NCBI GenBank assembly: GCA_964016885.1
Contig: OZ024741.1
Location: forward strand, 255,440,001 to 255,504,000
Direction of reading: 5' to 3'
From: Eledone cirrhosa
Lineage: Eukaryota
DNA: 64,000 nt
Shown here: in pieces, positions 37,997 to 51,494 of the stretch
How the letters are laid out: each line of letters begins with the position of its first letter
How positions within the stretch are numbered: position 1 is the first letter of the stretch
The notes under the pieces: generated by a model
What the model was told of the DNA's origin: nothing
Database searches by the model: none
Seen by the model: only the letters and a program-made list of their open reading frames with translations
Translations under genes and position numbers: made by a program

Positions 37997-40900
37997 TTAC
38001 GAGTGTTTCGACTTACGAGTGTTTCGACATACGAGTGTTTCGACTTACGAATGTTTTTGCTTACGGGTGTTTCGACTTACGAATGTTTTTGCTTACGAGT
38101 GTTTCGGCTTACGAGTGTTTCCGGCTTACGAGTGTTTCAACTTACGAGTGTTCTGACTTACGAGTGTTCTGACTTACGGATGTTTCGATACACGAGTGTT
38201 TCGAATTACGAGTGTTTCGACTTACGAGTGTTTTGACTTACGGGTGTTTTGACATACGAGTGTTTCGATACGAGTGTTTCGACTTACGAGTGTTCTGACT
38301 TACGAGTGTTCTGATTTAAGGATGTTTCGACATACGAGTGTTTCGACTTACGAGTGTTTCGACTTATGAGTGTTTCGACTTACGAGTGTTTCGGCTTACG
38401 AGTGTTTCGACTTACGAGTGTTTTGACTTACGGTGTTTCGGCTTACGAGTGTTTCGACTTACGAGTGTTTTGACTTACGGGTGTTTTGACATACGAGTGT
38501 TTCGATACGAGTGTTCTGACTTACGAGTGTTCTGACTTACGAGTGTTCTGACTTACGAGTGTTCTGACTTACGAGTGTTCTGATTTACGGATGTTTCGAC
38601 ATACGAGTGTTTCGACTTACGAGTGTTTTGACTTACGAGTGTTCTGACTTACGGGTGTTTCGACTTACGAGTATTTTTGGCTTACGAGTGTTTCGACTTA
38701 CGAGTGTTTTGACTTACGAGTGTTCTGATTTACGGATGTTTCGACATACGAGTGTTTCGACTTACGAATGTTTCGACTTATGAGTGTTTCGACTTACGAG
38801 TGTTTCGACTTACGAGTGTTTCGACTTATGAGTGTTTCGACTTACGAGTGTTTCGGCTTACGAGTGTTTCGACTTACGAGTGTTTTGACTTACGGTGTTT
38901 CGGCTTACGAGTGTTTCGACTTACGAGTGTTTTGACTTACGGGTGATTTGACATACGAGTGTTTCGATACGAGTGTTCTGACTTACGAGTGTTTTGACTT
39001 ACGAGTGTTCTGACTTACGAGTGTTCTGACTTACGAGTGTTCCGACTTACGAGTGTTCCGACTTACGAGTGTTTCGGCTTACGAGTGTTTCCGGCTTACG
39101 AGTGTTTCGACTTCCGAGTGTTTTGACTTACGGTGTTTCGGCTTACGAGTGATTCGACTTACGAGTGTTTTGACTTACGGGTGATTTGACTTACGGGTGT
39201 TGTGAATTACGAGTGTTCCGATTTACGAGTGTTTTGACTTACGGTGTTTCGGCTTACGAGTGATTCGACTTACGAATGTTTTGACTTACGGGTGTTTCGG
39301 CTTGCGAGTGTTTCGACTTACGAGAGTTTCGGCTTATGGGTGTTTCGACTTACTAATGTTTTTACTTACGAGTGTTTCGGCGTACGAGTGTTTTGACTTA
39401 CGAGTGTTTCGACTTACGAGTGTTTCGACTTACGAGTGTTTCGGCTTACGTGAGTTTCGACTTAAGAGTGTTCTGATTTACGAGTGTTCTGACTTGCGGG
39501 TGTTCTGATTTACGAGTGTTCCGACTTACGAGTGTTTCGGCTTATTAGTGTTTCGACTTACGAGTGTTTCGGCTTACGAGTGTTTCGACTTATGGGTGTT
39601 TCGACTTACGAGTGTTTTTACTTACGTTGTTTCGGCTTACGAGTGTTTCGACATACGAGTGTTTTGACTTACGGGTGTTTCGACTTACGAGTGTTTTGAC
39701 TTACGAATGTTTTGACTTACGGGTGTTTCGGCTTACGAGTGTTTCGACTTACGAGTGTTTCGGCTTACGAGTGTTTCGACTTATGGGTGTTTCGACTTAC
39801 GAGTGTTTTTACTTACGGTGTTTCGGCTTACGAGTGTTTCGACATACGAGTGTTTTGACTTACGGGTGTTTCGACTTACGAGTGTTTTGACTTACGAGTG
39901 TTTCGACTTATGACTGTTTCGACTTACGAGTGTTTCGGCTTATGAGTGTTTCGACTTACGAGTGCTTCGGCTTACGAGTGTTTCGACTTACGAGTATTTC
40001 GGCTTTCGAGTGTTTCGACGTAAGAATGTTTTGGCTTACGAGTGTTTCGGCTTATGAGTGTTTCGGCTTACGAGTGTTTCGACTTACGAGTGTTTCGGCT
40101 TACGAGTGTTTCAGTGTTTCGGCTTACGTGTGTTTCGACTTACGAGTGTTTCGACTTACGACTGTTTCGGTTTACGAGTGTTTCGGCTTACGACTGTTTC
40201 GACTTACGAGTGTTTTGACTTACGAATGTTTTGACTTACGGGTGTTTCGGCTTACGAGTGTTTCGACTTACGAGTCTTTCGGCTTACGAGTGTTTCGACT
40301 TACTAATGTTTTTACTTACGAGTGTTTCGGCGTACGAGTGTTTCGACTTACGAGTGTTTCGATTTACGGGTGTTTTGACTTACGGGTGTTTCGGCTTACG
40401 AGTGTTTTGACTTACGAGTGTTTTGACTTAAGGGTGTTTCGACTTACGAGTATTTTTGGCTTACGAGTGTTTCGACTTACGAGTGTTTTGACTTACGAGT
40501 GTTCTGATTTACGGATGTTTCGACATACGAGTGTTTCGACTTACGAGTGTTTCGACTTACTAATGTTCTTACGAGTGTTTCGGCGTACGAGAGTTTTGAC
40601 TTACGAGTGTTTCGACTTATGAGTGTTTCGACTTACGAGTGTTTTGACTTACGAATGTTTTGACTTACGGGTGTTTCGGCTTACGAGTGTTTCGACTTAC
40701 TAATGTTTTTACTTACGAGTGTTTCGGCGTACGAGTGTTTCGACTTACGAGTGTTTCGACTTACGGGTGTTTTGACTTACGGGTGTTTCGGCTTACGAGT
40801 GTTTTGACTTACGAGTGTTTTGACTTAAGGTTGTTTCGACTTACGAGTATTTTTGGCTTACGAGTGTTTCGACTTACGAGTGTTTTGACTTACGAGTGTT

Positions 40901-43053
40901 CTGATTTACGGATGTTTCGACATACGAGTGTTTCGACTTACGAGTGTTTCGACTTATGAGTGTTTCGACTTACGAGTGTTTCGGCTTATGAGTGTTTCGA
41001 CTTACGAGTGCTTCGGCTTACGAGTGTTTCGACTTACGAGTATTTCGGCTTACGAGTGTTTCGACGTACGAATGTTTTGGCTTACGAGTGTTTCGGCTTA
41101 TGAGTGTTTCGGCTTACGAGTGTTTCGACTCACGAGTGTTTCGGCTTACGAGTGTTTCAGTGTTTCGGCTTACGTGTGTTTCGACTTACGATTGTTTCGA
41201 CTTACTACTGTTTCGGCTTACGAGTGTTTCGGCTTGCGAGTGTTTCGGCTTACGAGTGTTTTGACTTACGAGTGTTTTGACTTACGATTGTTTGGCTTAC
41301 GAGTGTTCGGACTTACGGGTGTTCTGACTTTCGAATGTTCCGACTTACGAGTGTTTCGGCTTGTGAGGGTTTCGACTTACGAGTGCTTCGGTTTACGAGT
41401 GTTTCGACTTACGAGTGTTTCGGCTTACGAGTATTTCGACTTACGAGTGTTTCGACTTACGAGTGTTTTGACTTACGGTGTTTCGGCTTACGAGTGTTTC
41501 GACATACGAGTGTTTTGACGTACGGGTGTTTCGACTTACGGGTCTTTCGACTTAAGAGTGTTTCGACTTACGAGCGCTTCGACTTACGAGTGTTTCGACT
41601 TACGAGTGTTTCGGCGTATGAGTGTTTTGACTTACGAGTGTTTCGACTTACGAGTGTTTCGAATTACGAGTGTTTCGACTTACGAGTGTTTTGACTTACG
41701 AGTGTTTTGACTTCGGTGTTTCTGCTTACGAGTGTTTCGACTTACGAGTGTTATGACTTACGGGTGTTTTCACATACGAGTGTTTCGACTTACGAGTGTT
41801 TTGACTTACGGGTGTTTTGACATACGAGTGTTTCGATACGAGTGTTCTGACTTACGAGTGTTCTGACTTACGAGTGTTCTGACTTACGAGTGTTTCGACA
41901 TACGAGTGTTTTGACTTACGGGTGTTTCGACTTACGAGTGTTTTCACTTACGAATGTTTTGACTTACGGGTGTTTCGGCTTACGAGTGTTTCGACTTACG
42001 AGTGTTTCGGCTTACGAGTGTTTCGACTTACTAATATTTTTACTTACGAGTGTTTCGGCGTACGAGAGTTTTGACTTACGCGTGTTTCGACTTGCGAGTG
42101 TTTCGACTTACGAGTATTTTGACTTACGAATGTTTTGACTTACGGGTGTTTCGGCTTACGAGTGTTTCGACTTACGAGTCTTTCGGCTTACGAGTGTTTC
42201 GACTTACTAATGTTTTTACTTACGAGTGTTTCGGCGTACGAGTGTTTCGACTTCTGAGTGTTTCGACTTACGGGTGTTTTGACTGACGGGTGTATCGGCT
42301 TACGAGTGTTTTGACTTACGAGTGTTTTGACTTAAGGGTGTTTCGACTTACGAGTATTTTTGGCTTACGAGTGTTTCGACTTACGAGTGTTTTGACTTAC
42401 GAGTGTTCTGATTTACGGATGTTTCGACATACGAGTGTTTCGACTTACGAGTGTTTCGACTTATGAGTGTTTCGACTTACGAGTGTTTCGACTTACGAGT
42501 GTTTCGGCTTGTGATTGTTTTGACTTACGAGTGTTTTGACTTACGGTGTTTCAGCTTACGAGTGTTTCGACTTACGAGTGTTTTGACTTACGGGTGTTTT
42601 GACATACGAGTGTTTCGATACGAGTGTTCTGACTTACGAGTGTTCTGACTTACGAGTGTTCCGACTTACGAGTGTTCCGACTTACGAGTGTTTCGGCTTA
42701 CGAGTGTTTTGACTTAAGGGTGTTTCGACTTACGAGTGTTTCGATACGAGTGTTTCGACTTACGAGTGTTTCGGCTTACGAGTGTTTCGACTTACGAGTG
42801 TTTCGACTTACGAGTGTTCCGACTTACGGGTGTTTCGACTTACGAGTGTTTTGGCTTACGGTGTTTCGACTTACGAGTGTTTCGAGTTAAGAGTGTTTTG
42901 ACTTACGAGTGTTCTGATTTACGAGTGTTCTGACTTACGAGTGTTCTGACTTACGAGTGTTCTGACTTACGAGTGTTCTGACTTACGAGTGTTCCGACTT
43001 TACGAGTGTTTCGGCTCACGAATGTTTCGGCTTACGAGTGTTTCGACTTACGA

Positions 43054-43130
43054 AAATAACAAATAGACGCGGTTTCAAATCTCTATGCTTTTCAAATTCA
43101 TTACATTAATCTTTATTTATACGTTTCGCT
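43054..43130. repeat. 77-bp cassette, copy 15
   Basis: Same sequence as 881-957. Confidence 0.95.
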
Positions 43131-46100
43131 TTACGAGTGTTTCGACTTACGAGTGTTTCGACATACGAGTGTTTCGACTTACGAATGTTTTTGCTTACGG
43201 GTGTTTCGACTTACGAATGTTTTTGCTTACGAGTGTTTCGGCTTACGAGTGTTTCCGGCTTACGAGTGTTTCAACTTACGAGTGTTCTGACTTACGAGTG
43301 TTCTGACTTACGGATGTTTCGACACACGAGTGTTTCGAATTACGAGTGTTTCGACTTACGAGTGTTTTGACTTACGGGTGTTTTGACATACGAGTGTTTC
43401 GATACGAGTGTTTCGACTTACGAGTGTTCTGACTTACGAGTGTTCTGATTTAAGGATGTTTCGACATACGAGTGTTTCGACTTACGAGTGTTTCGACTTA
43501 TGAGTGTTTCGACTTACGAGTGTTTCGGCTTACGAGTGTTTCGACTTACGAGTGTTTTGACTTACGGTGTTTCGGCTTACGAGTGTTTCGACTTACGAGT
43601 GTTTTGACTTACGGGTGTTTTGACATACGAGTGTTTCGATACGAGTGTTCTGACTTACGAGTGTTCTGACTTACGAGTGTTCTGACTTACGAGTGTTCTG
43701 ACTTACGAGTGTTGTGACTTACGAGTGTTCTGATTTACGGATGTTTCGACATACGAGTGTTTCGACTTACGAGTGTTTCGACTTACGAGTGTTTTGACTT
43801 ACGGTGTTTCGGCTTACGAGTGTTTCGACTTACGAGTGTTTTGACTTACGGGTGTTTTGACATACGAGTGTTTCGATACGAGTGTTCTGACTTACGAGTG
43901 TTCTGACTTACGAGTGTTTTGACTTACGAGTGTTCTGACTTACGGGTGTTTCGACTTACGAGTATTTTTGGCTTACGAGTGTTTCGACTTACGAGTGTTT
44001 TGACTTACGAGTGTTCTGATTTACGGATGTTTCGACATACGAGTGTTTCGACTTACGAATGTTTCGACTTATGAGTGTTTCGACTTACGAGTGTTTCGGT
44101 TTACGAGTGTTTCGACTTACGAGTGTTTTGACTTACGGTGTTTCGGCTTACGAGTGTTTCGACTTACGAGTGTTTTGACTTACGGGTGTATTGACATACG
44201 AGTGTTTCGATACGAGTGTTCTGACTTACGAGTGTTCTGACTTACGAGTGTTTTGACTTACGAGTGTTCTGACTTACGAGTGTTCCGACTTACGAGTGTT
44301 CCGACTTACGAGTGTTTCGGCTTACGAGTGTTTCCGGCTTACGAGTGTTTCGACTTCCGAGTGTTTTGACTTACGGTGTTTCGGCTTACGAGTGATTCGA
44401 CTTACGAGTGTTTTGACTTACGGGTGATTTGACTTACGGGTGTTGTGAATTTCGAGTGTTCCGATTTACGAGTGTTTTGACTTACGGTGTTTCGGCTTAC
44501 GAGTGATTCGACTTACGAATGTTTTGACTTACGGGTGTTTCGGCTTGCGAGTGTTTCGACTTACGAGTGTTTCGGCTTATGGGTGTTTCGACTTACTAAT
44601 GTTTTTACTTACGAGTGTTTCGGCGTACGAGTGTTTTGACTTACGAGTGTTTCGACTTACGAGTGTTTCGACTTACGAGTGTTTCGACTTACGAGTGTTT
44701 CGGCTTACGTGAGTTTCGACTTAAGAGTGTTCTGATTTACGAGTGTTCTGACTTGCGGGTGTTCTGATTTACGAGTGTTCCGACTTACGAGTGTTTCGGC
44801 TTATTAGTGTTTCGACTTATGGGTGTTTCGACTTACGAGTGTTTTTACTTACGGTGTTTCGGCTTACGAGTGTTTCGACATACGAGTGTTTTGACTTACG
44901 GGTGTTTCGACTTACGAGTGTTTTGACTTACGAATGTTTTGACTTACGGGTGTTTCGGCTTACGAGTGTTTCGACTTACGAGTGTTTAGGCTTACGAGTG
45001 TTTCGACTTACTAATGTTCTTACGAGTGTTTCGGCGTACGAGAGTTTTGACTTACGAGTGTTTCGACTGACGAGTGTTTCGACTTACGAGTGTTTTGACT
45101 TACGAATGTTTTGACTTACGGGTGTTTCGGCTGACGATTGTTTCGACTTACGAGTCTTTCGGCTTACGAGTGTTTCGACTTACTAATGTTTTTACTTACG
45201 AGTGTTTCGGCGTACGAGTGTTTCGACTTACGAGTGTTTCGACTTACGGGTGTTTTGACTTACGGGTGTTTCGGCTTACGAGTGTTTTGACTTACGAGTG
45301 TTTTGACTTAAGGGTGTTTCGACTTACGAGTATTTTTGGCTTACGAGTGTTTCGACTTACGAGTGTTTTGACTTACGAGTGTTCTGATTTACGGATGTTT
45401 CGACATACGAGTGTTTCGACTTACGAGTGTTTCGACTTATGAGTGTTTCGACTTACGAGTGTTTCGGCTTATGAGTGTTTCGACTTACGAGTGCTTCGGC
45501 TTACGAGTGTTTCGACTTACGAGTATTTCGGCTTACGAGTGTTTCGACGTACGAATGTTTTGGCTTACGAGTGTTTCGGCTTATGAGTGTTTCGGCTTAC
45601 GAGTGTTTCGGCTTACGAGTGTTTCGGCTTACGAGTGTTTCAGTGTTTCGGCTTACGTGTGTTTCGACTTACGAGTGTTTCGACTTACGAGTGTTTTGAC
45701 TTACGAGTGTTCTGATTTACAGATGTTTCGACATACGAGTGTTTCGACTTACGAGTGTTTCGACTTATGAGTGTTTCGACTTACGAGTGTTTCGACTTAC
45801 GAGTGTTTCGGCTTGTGATTGTTTCGACTTACGAGTGTTTTGACTTACGGTGTTTCAGCTTACGAGTGTTTCGACTTACGAGTGTTTTGACTTACGGGTG
45901 TTTTGACATACGAGTGTTTCGATACGAGTGTTCTGACTTACGAGTGTTCTGACTTACGAGTGTTTTGACTTACGAGTGTTCTGACTTACGAGTGTTCCGA
46001 CTTACGAGTGTTCCGACTTACGAGTGTTTCGGCTTACGAGTGTTTTGACTTAAGGGTGTTTCGACTTACGAGTGTTTCGATACGAGTGTTTCGACTTACG

Positions 46101-46389
46101 AGTGTTTCGGCTTACGAGTGTTTCGACTTACGAGTGTTTCGACTTACGAGTGTTCCGACTTACGGGTGTTTCGACTTACGAGTGTTTTGGCTTACGGTGT
46201 TTCGACTTACGAGTGTTTCGAGTTAAGAGTGTTTTGACTTACGAGTATTCTGATTTACGAGTGTTCTGACTTACGAGTGTTCTGACTTACGAGTGTTCTG
46301 ACTTACGAGTGTTCTGACTTACGAGTGTTCCGACTTTACGAGTGTTTCGGCTCACGAGTGTTTCGGCTTACGAGTGTTTCGACTTACGA

Positions 46390-46466
46390 AAATAACAAAT
46401 AGACGCGGTTTCAAATCTCTATGCTTTTCAAATTCATTACATTAATCTTTATTTATACGTTTCGCT
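46390..46466. repeat. 77-bp cassette, copy 16
   Basis: Same sequence as 881-957. Confidence 0.95.
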
Positions 46467-47221
46467 TTACGAGTGTTTCGACTTACGAGTGTTTCGACAT
46501 ACGAGTGTTTCGACTTACGAATGTTTTTGCTTACGGGTGTTTCGACTTACGAATGTTTTTGCTTACGAGTGTTTCGGTTTACGAGTGTTCCGACTTACGA
46601 GTGTTCCGACTTACGAGTGTTTCGGCTTACGAGTGTTTCCGGCTTACGAGTGTTTCAACTTACGAGTGTTCTGTCTTACGAGTGTTCTGATTTACGGATG
46701 TTTCGACACACGAGTGTTTCGAATTACGAGTGTTTCGACTTACGAGTGTTTTGACTTACGGGTGTTTTGACATACGAGTGTTTCGATACGAGTGTTTCGA
46801 CTTACGAGTGTTCTGACTTACGAGTGTTCTGTCTTACGAGTGTTCTGACTTACGAGTGTTCTTACTTACGAGTGTTCCGACTTACGAGTGTTCCGACTTA
46901 CGAGTGTTTCGGCTTACGAGTGTTTCGGCTTACGAGTGTTTCGACTTACGAATGTTTCGACTTACGAGTGTTCCGACTTACGGGTGTTTCGACTTACGAG
47001 TGTTTTGGCTTACGGTGTTTCAGCTTACGAGTGTTTCGAGTTACGAGTGTTTTGACTTACACGTGTTTTGACATACGAGTGTTTCGATACGAGTGTTCTG
47101 ACTTACGAGTGTTCTGACTTACGAGTGTTCTGACTTACGAGTGTTCTGACTTACGAGTGTTCCGACTTTACGAGTGTTTCGGCTCACGAGTGTTTCGGCT
47201 TACGAGTGTTTCGACTTACGA

Positions 47222-47298
47222 AAATAACAAATAGACGCGGTTTCAAATCTCTATGCTTTTCAAATTCATTACATTAATCTTTATTTATACGTTTCGCT
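47222..47298. repeat. 77-bp cassette, copy 17
   Basis: Same sequence; 832 bp after copy 16. Absent from the ORF track because a TGA follows soon after. Confidence 0.95.
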
Positions 47299-50200
47299 TT
47301 ACGAGTGTTTCGACTTACGAGTGTTTTGACTTACGAGTGTTCTGACTTACGAGTGTTCTGACTTACGAGTGTTCCGACTTACGAGTGTTCCGACTTACGA
47401 GTGTTTCGGCTTACGAGTGTTTCCGGCTTACGAGTGTTTCGACTTCCGAGTGTTTTGACTTACGGTGTTTCGGCTTACGAGTGATTCGACTTACGAGTGT
47501 TTTGACTTACGGGTGATTTGACTTACGGGTGTTGTGAATTACGAGTGTTCCGATTTACGAGTGTTTTGACTTACGGTGTTTCGGCTTACGAGTGATTCGA
47601 CTTACGAATGTTTTGACTTACGGGTGTTTCGGCTTGCGAGTGTTTCGACTTACGAGAGTTTCGGCTTATGGGTGTTTCGACTTACTAATGTTTTTACTTA
47701 CGAGTGTTTCGGCGTACGAGTGTTTTGACTTACGAGTGTTTCGACTTACGAGTGTTTCGACTTACGAGTGTTTCGGCTTACGTGAGTTTCGACTTAAGAG
47801 TGTTCTGATTTACGAGTGTTCTGACTTGCGGGTGTTCTGATTTACGAGTGTTCCGACTTACGAGTGTTTCGGCTTATTAGTGTTTCGACTTACGAGTGTT
47901 TCGGCTTACGAGTGTTTCGACTTATGGGTGTTTCGACTTACGAGTGTTTTTACTTACGTTGTTTCGGCTTACGAGTGTTTCGACATACGAGTGTTTTGAC
48001 TTACGGGTGTTTCGACTTACGAGTGTTTTGACTTACGAATGTTTTGACTTACGGGTGTTTCGGCTTACGAGTGTTTCGACTTACGAGTGTTTCGGCTTAC
48101 GAGTGTTTCGACTTATGGGTGTTTCGACTTACGAGTGTTTTTACTTACGGTGTTTCGGCTTACGAGTGTTTCGACATACGAGTGTTTTGACTTACGGGTG
48201 TTTCGACTTACGAGTGTTTTGACTTACGAGTGTTTCGACTTATGACTGTTTCGACTTACGAGTGTTTCGGCTTATGAGTGTTTCGACTTACGAGTGCTTC
48301 GGCTTACGAGTGTTTCGACTTACGAGTATTTCGGCTTTCGAGTGTTTCGACGTAAGAATGTTTTGGCTTACGAGTGTTTCGGCTTATGAGTGTTTCGGCT
48401 TACGAGTGTTTCGACTTACGAGTGTTTCGGCTTACGAGTGTTTCAGTGTTTCGGCTTACGTGTGTTTCGACTTACGAGTGTTTCGACTTACGACTGTTTC
48501 GGTTTACGAGTGTTTCGGCTTACGACTGTTTCGACTTACGAGTGTTTTGACTTACGAATGTTTTGACTTACGGGTGTTTCGGCTTACGAGTGTTTCGACT
48601 TACGAGTCTTTCGGCTTACGAGTGTTTCGACTTACTAATGTTTTTACTTACGAGTGTTTCGGCGTACGAGTGTTTCGACTTACGAGTGTTTCGATTTACG
48701 GGTGTTTTGACTTACGGGTGTTTCGGCTTACGAGTGTTTTGACTTACGAGTGTTTTGACTTAAGGGTGTTTCGACTTACGAGTATTTTTGGCTTACGAGT
48801 GTTTCGACTTACGAGTGTTTTGACTTACGAGTGTTCTGATTTACGGATGTTTCGACATACGAGTGTTTCGACTTACGAGTGTTTCGACTTACTAATGTTC
48901 TTACGAGTGTTTCGGCGTACGAGAGTTTTGACTTACGAGTGTTTCGACTTATGAGTGTTTCGACTTACGAGTGTTTTGACTTACGAATGTTTTGACTTAC
49001 GGGTGTTTCGGCTTACGAGTGTTTCGACTTACGAGTCTTTCGGCTTACGAGTATTTCGACTTACTAATGTTTTTACTTACGAGTGTTTCGGCGTACGAGT
49101 GTTTCGACTTACGAGTGTTTCGACTTACGGGTGTTTTGACTTACGGGTGTTTCGGCTTACGAGTGTTTTGACTTACGAGTGTTTTGACTTAAGGTTGTTT
49201 CGACTTACGAGTATTTTTGGCTTACGAGTGTTTCGACTTACGAGTGTTTTGACTTACGAGTGTTCTGATTTACGGATGTTTCGACATACGAGTGTTTCGA
49301 CTTACGAGTGTTTCGACTTATGAGTGTTTCGACTTACGAGTGTTTCGGCTTATGAGTGTTTCGACTTACGAGTGCTTCGGCTTACGAGTGTTTCGACTTA
49401 CGAGTATTTCGGCTTACGAGTGTTTCGACGTACGAATGTTTTGGCTTACGAGTGTTTCGGCTTATGAGTGTTTCGGCTTACGAGTGTTTCGACTCACGAG
49501 TGTTTCGGCTTACGAGTGTTTCAGTGTTTCGGCTTACGTGTGTTTCGACTTACGATTGTTTCGACTTACTACTGTTTCGGCTTACGAGTGTTTCGGCTTG
49601 CGAGTGTTTCGGCTTACGAGTGTTTTGACTTACGAGTGTTTTGACTTACGATTGTTTGGCTTACGAGTGTTCGGACTTACGGGTGTTCTGACTTTCGAAT
49701 GTTCCGACTTACGAGTGTTTCGGCTTGTGAGGGTTTCGACTTACGAGTGCTTCGGTTTACGAGTGTTTCGACTTACGAGTGTTTCGGCTTACGAGTGTTT
49801 CGACTTACGAGTGTTTCGACTTACGAGTGTTTTGACTTACGGTGTTTCGGCTTACGAGTGTTTCGACATACGAGTGTTTTGACGTACGGGTGTTTCGACT
49901 TACGGGTCTTTCGACTTAAGAGTGTTTCGACTTACGAGCGCTTCGACTTACGAGTGTTTCGACTTACGAGTGTTTCGGCGTATGAGTGTTTTGACTTACG
50001 AGTGTTTCGACTTACGAGTGTTTCGAATTACGAGTGTTTCGACTTACGAGTGTTTTGACTTACGAGTGTTTTGACTTCGGTGTTTCTGCTTACGAGTGTT
50101 TCGACTCACGAGTGTTATGACTTACGGGTGTTTTCACATACGAGTGTTTCGACTTACGAGTGTTTTGACTTACGGGTGTTTTGACATACGAGTGTTTCGA

Positions 50201-51417
50201 TACGAGTGTTCTGACTTACGAGTGTTCTGACTTACGAGTGTTCTGACTTACGAGTGTTTCGACATACGAGTGTTTTGACTTACGGGTGTTTCGACTTACG
50301 AGTGTTTTCACTTACGAATGTTTTGACTTACGGGTGTTTCGGCTTACGAGTGTTTCGACTTACGAGTGTTTCGGCTTACGAGTGTTTCGACTTACTAATA
50401 TTTTTACTTACGAGTGTTTCGGCGTACGAGAGTTTTGACTTACGCGTGTTTCGACTTGCGAGTGTTTCGACTTACGAGTATTTTGACTTACGAATGTTTT
50501 GACTTACGGGTGTTTCGGCTTACGAGTGTTTCGACTTACGAGTCTTTCGGCTTACGAGTGTTTCGACTTACTAATGTTTTTACTTACGAGTGTTTCGGCG
50601 TACGAGTGTTTCGACTTCTGAGTGTTTCGACTTACGGGTGTTTTGACTGACGGGTGTATCGGCTTACGAGTGTTTTGACTTACGAGTGTTTTGACTTAAG
50701 GGTGTTTCGACTTACGAGTATTTTTGGCTTACGAGTGTTTCGACTTACGAGTGTTTTGACTTACGAGTGTTCTGATTTACGGATGTTTCGACATACGAGT
50801 GTTTCGACTTACGAGTGTTTCGACTTATGAGTGTTTCGACTTACGAGTGTTTCGACTTACGAGTGTTTCGGCTTGTGATTGTTTTGACTTACGAGTGTTT
50901 TGACTTACGGTGTTTCAGCTTACGAGTGTTTCGACTTACGAGTGTTTTGACTTACGGGTGTTTTGACATACGAGTGTTTCGATACGAGTGTTCTGACTTA
51001 CGAGTGTTCTGACTTACGAGTGTTCCGACTTACGAGTGTTCCGACTTACGAGTGTTTCGGCTTACGAGTGTTTTGACTTAAGGGTGTTTCGACTTACGAG
51101 TGTTTCGATACGAGTGTTTCGACTTACGAGTGTTTCGGCTTACGAGTGTTTCGACTTACGAGTGTTTCGACTTACGAGTGTTCCGACTTACGGGTGTTTC
51201 GACTTACGAGTGTTTTGGCTTACGGTGTTTCGACTTACGAGTGTTTCGAGTTAAGAGTGTTTTGACTTACGAGTGTTCTGATTTACGAGTGTTCTGACTT
51301 ACGAGTGTTCTGACTTACGAGTGTTCTGACTTACGAGTGTTCTGACTTACGAGTGTTCCGACTTTACGAGTGTTTCGGCTCACGAATGTTTCGGCTTACG
51401 AGTGTTTCGACTTACGA

Positions 51418-51494
51418 AAATAACAAATAGACGCGGTTTCAAATCTCTATGCTTTTCAAATTCATTACATTAATCTTTATTTATACGTTTCGCT
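51418..51494. repeat. 77-bp cassette, copy 18
   Basis: Same sequence as 881-957. Confidence 0.95.

Larger units (their letters stand above)
33650..43700 (+). repeat. About 5.15-kb tandem duplication (offset 5166, then 5134 after a two-monomer deletion); boundaries approximate
   Basis: ORFs 34094/39260 and 34764/39930 at +5166; 35794/40928, 37951/43085 and 38338/43472 at +5134. Confidence 0.88.
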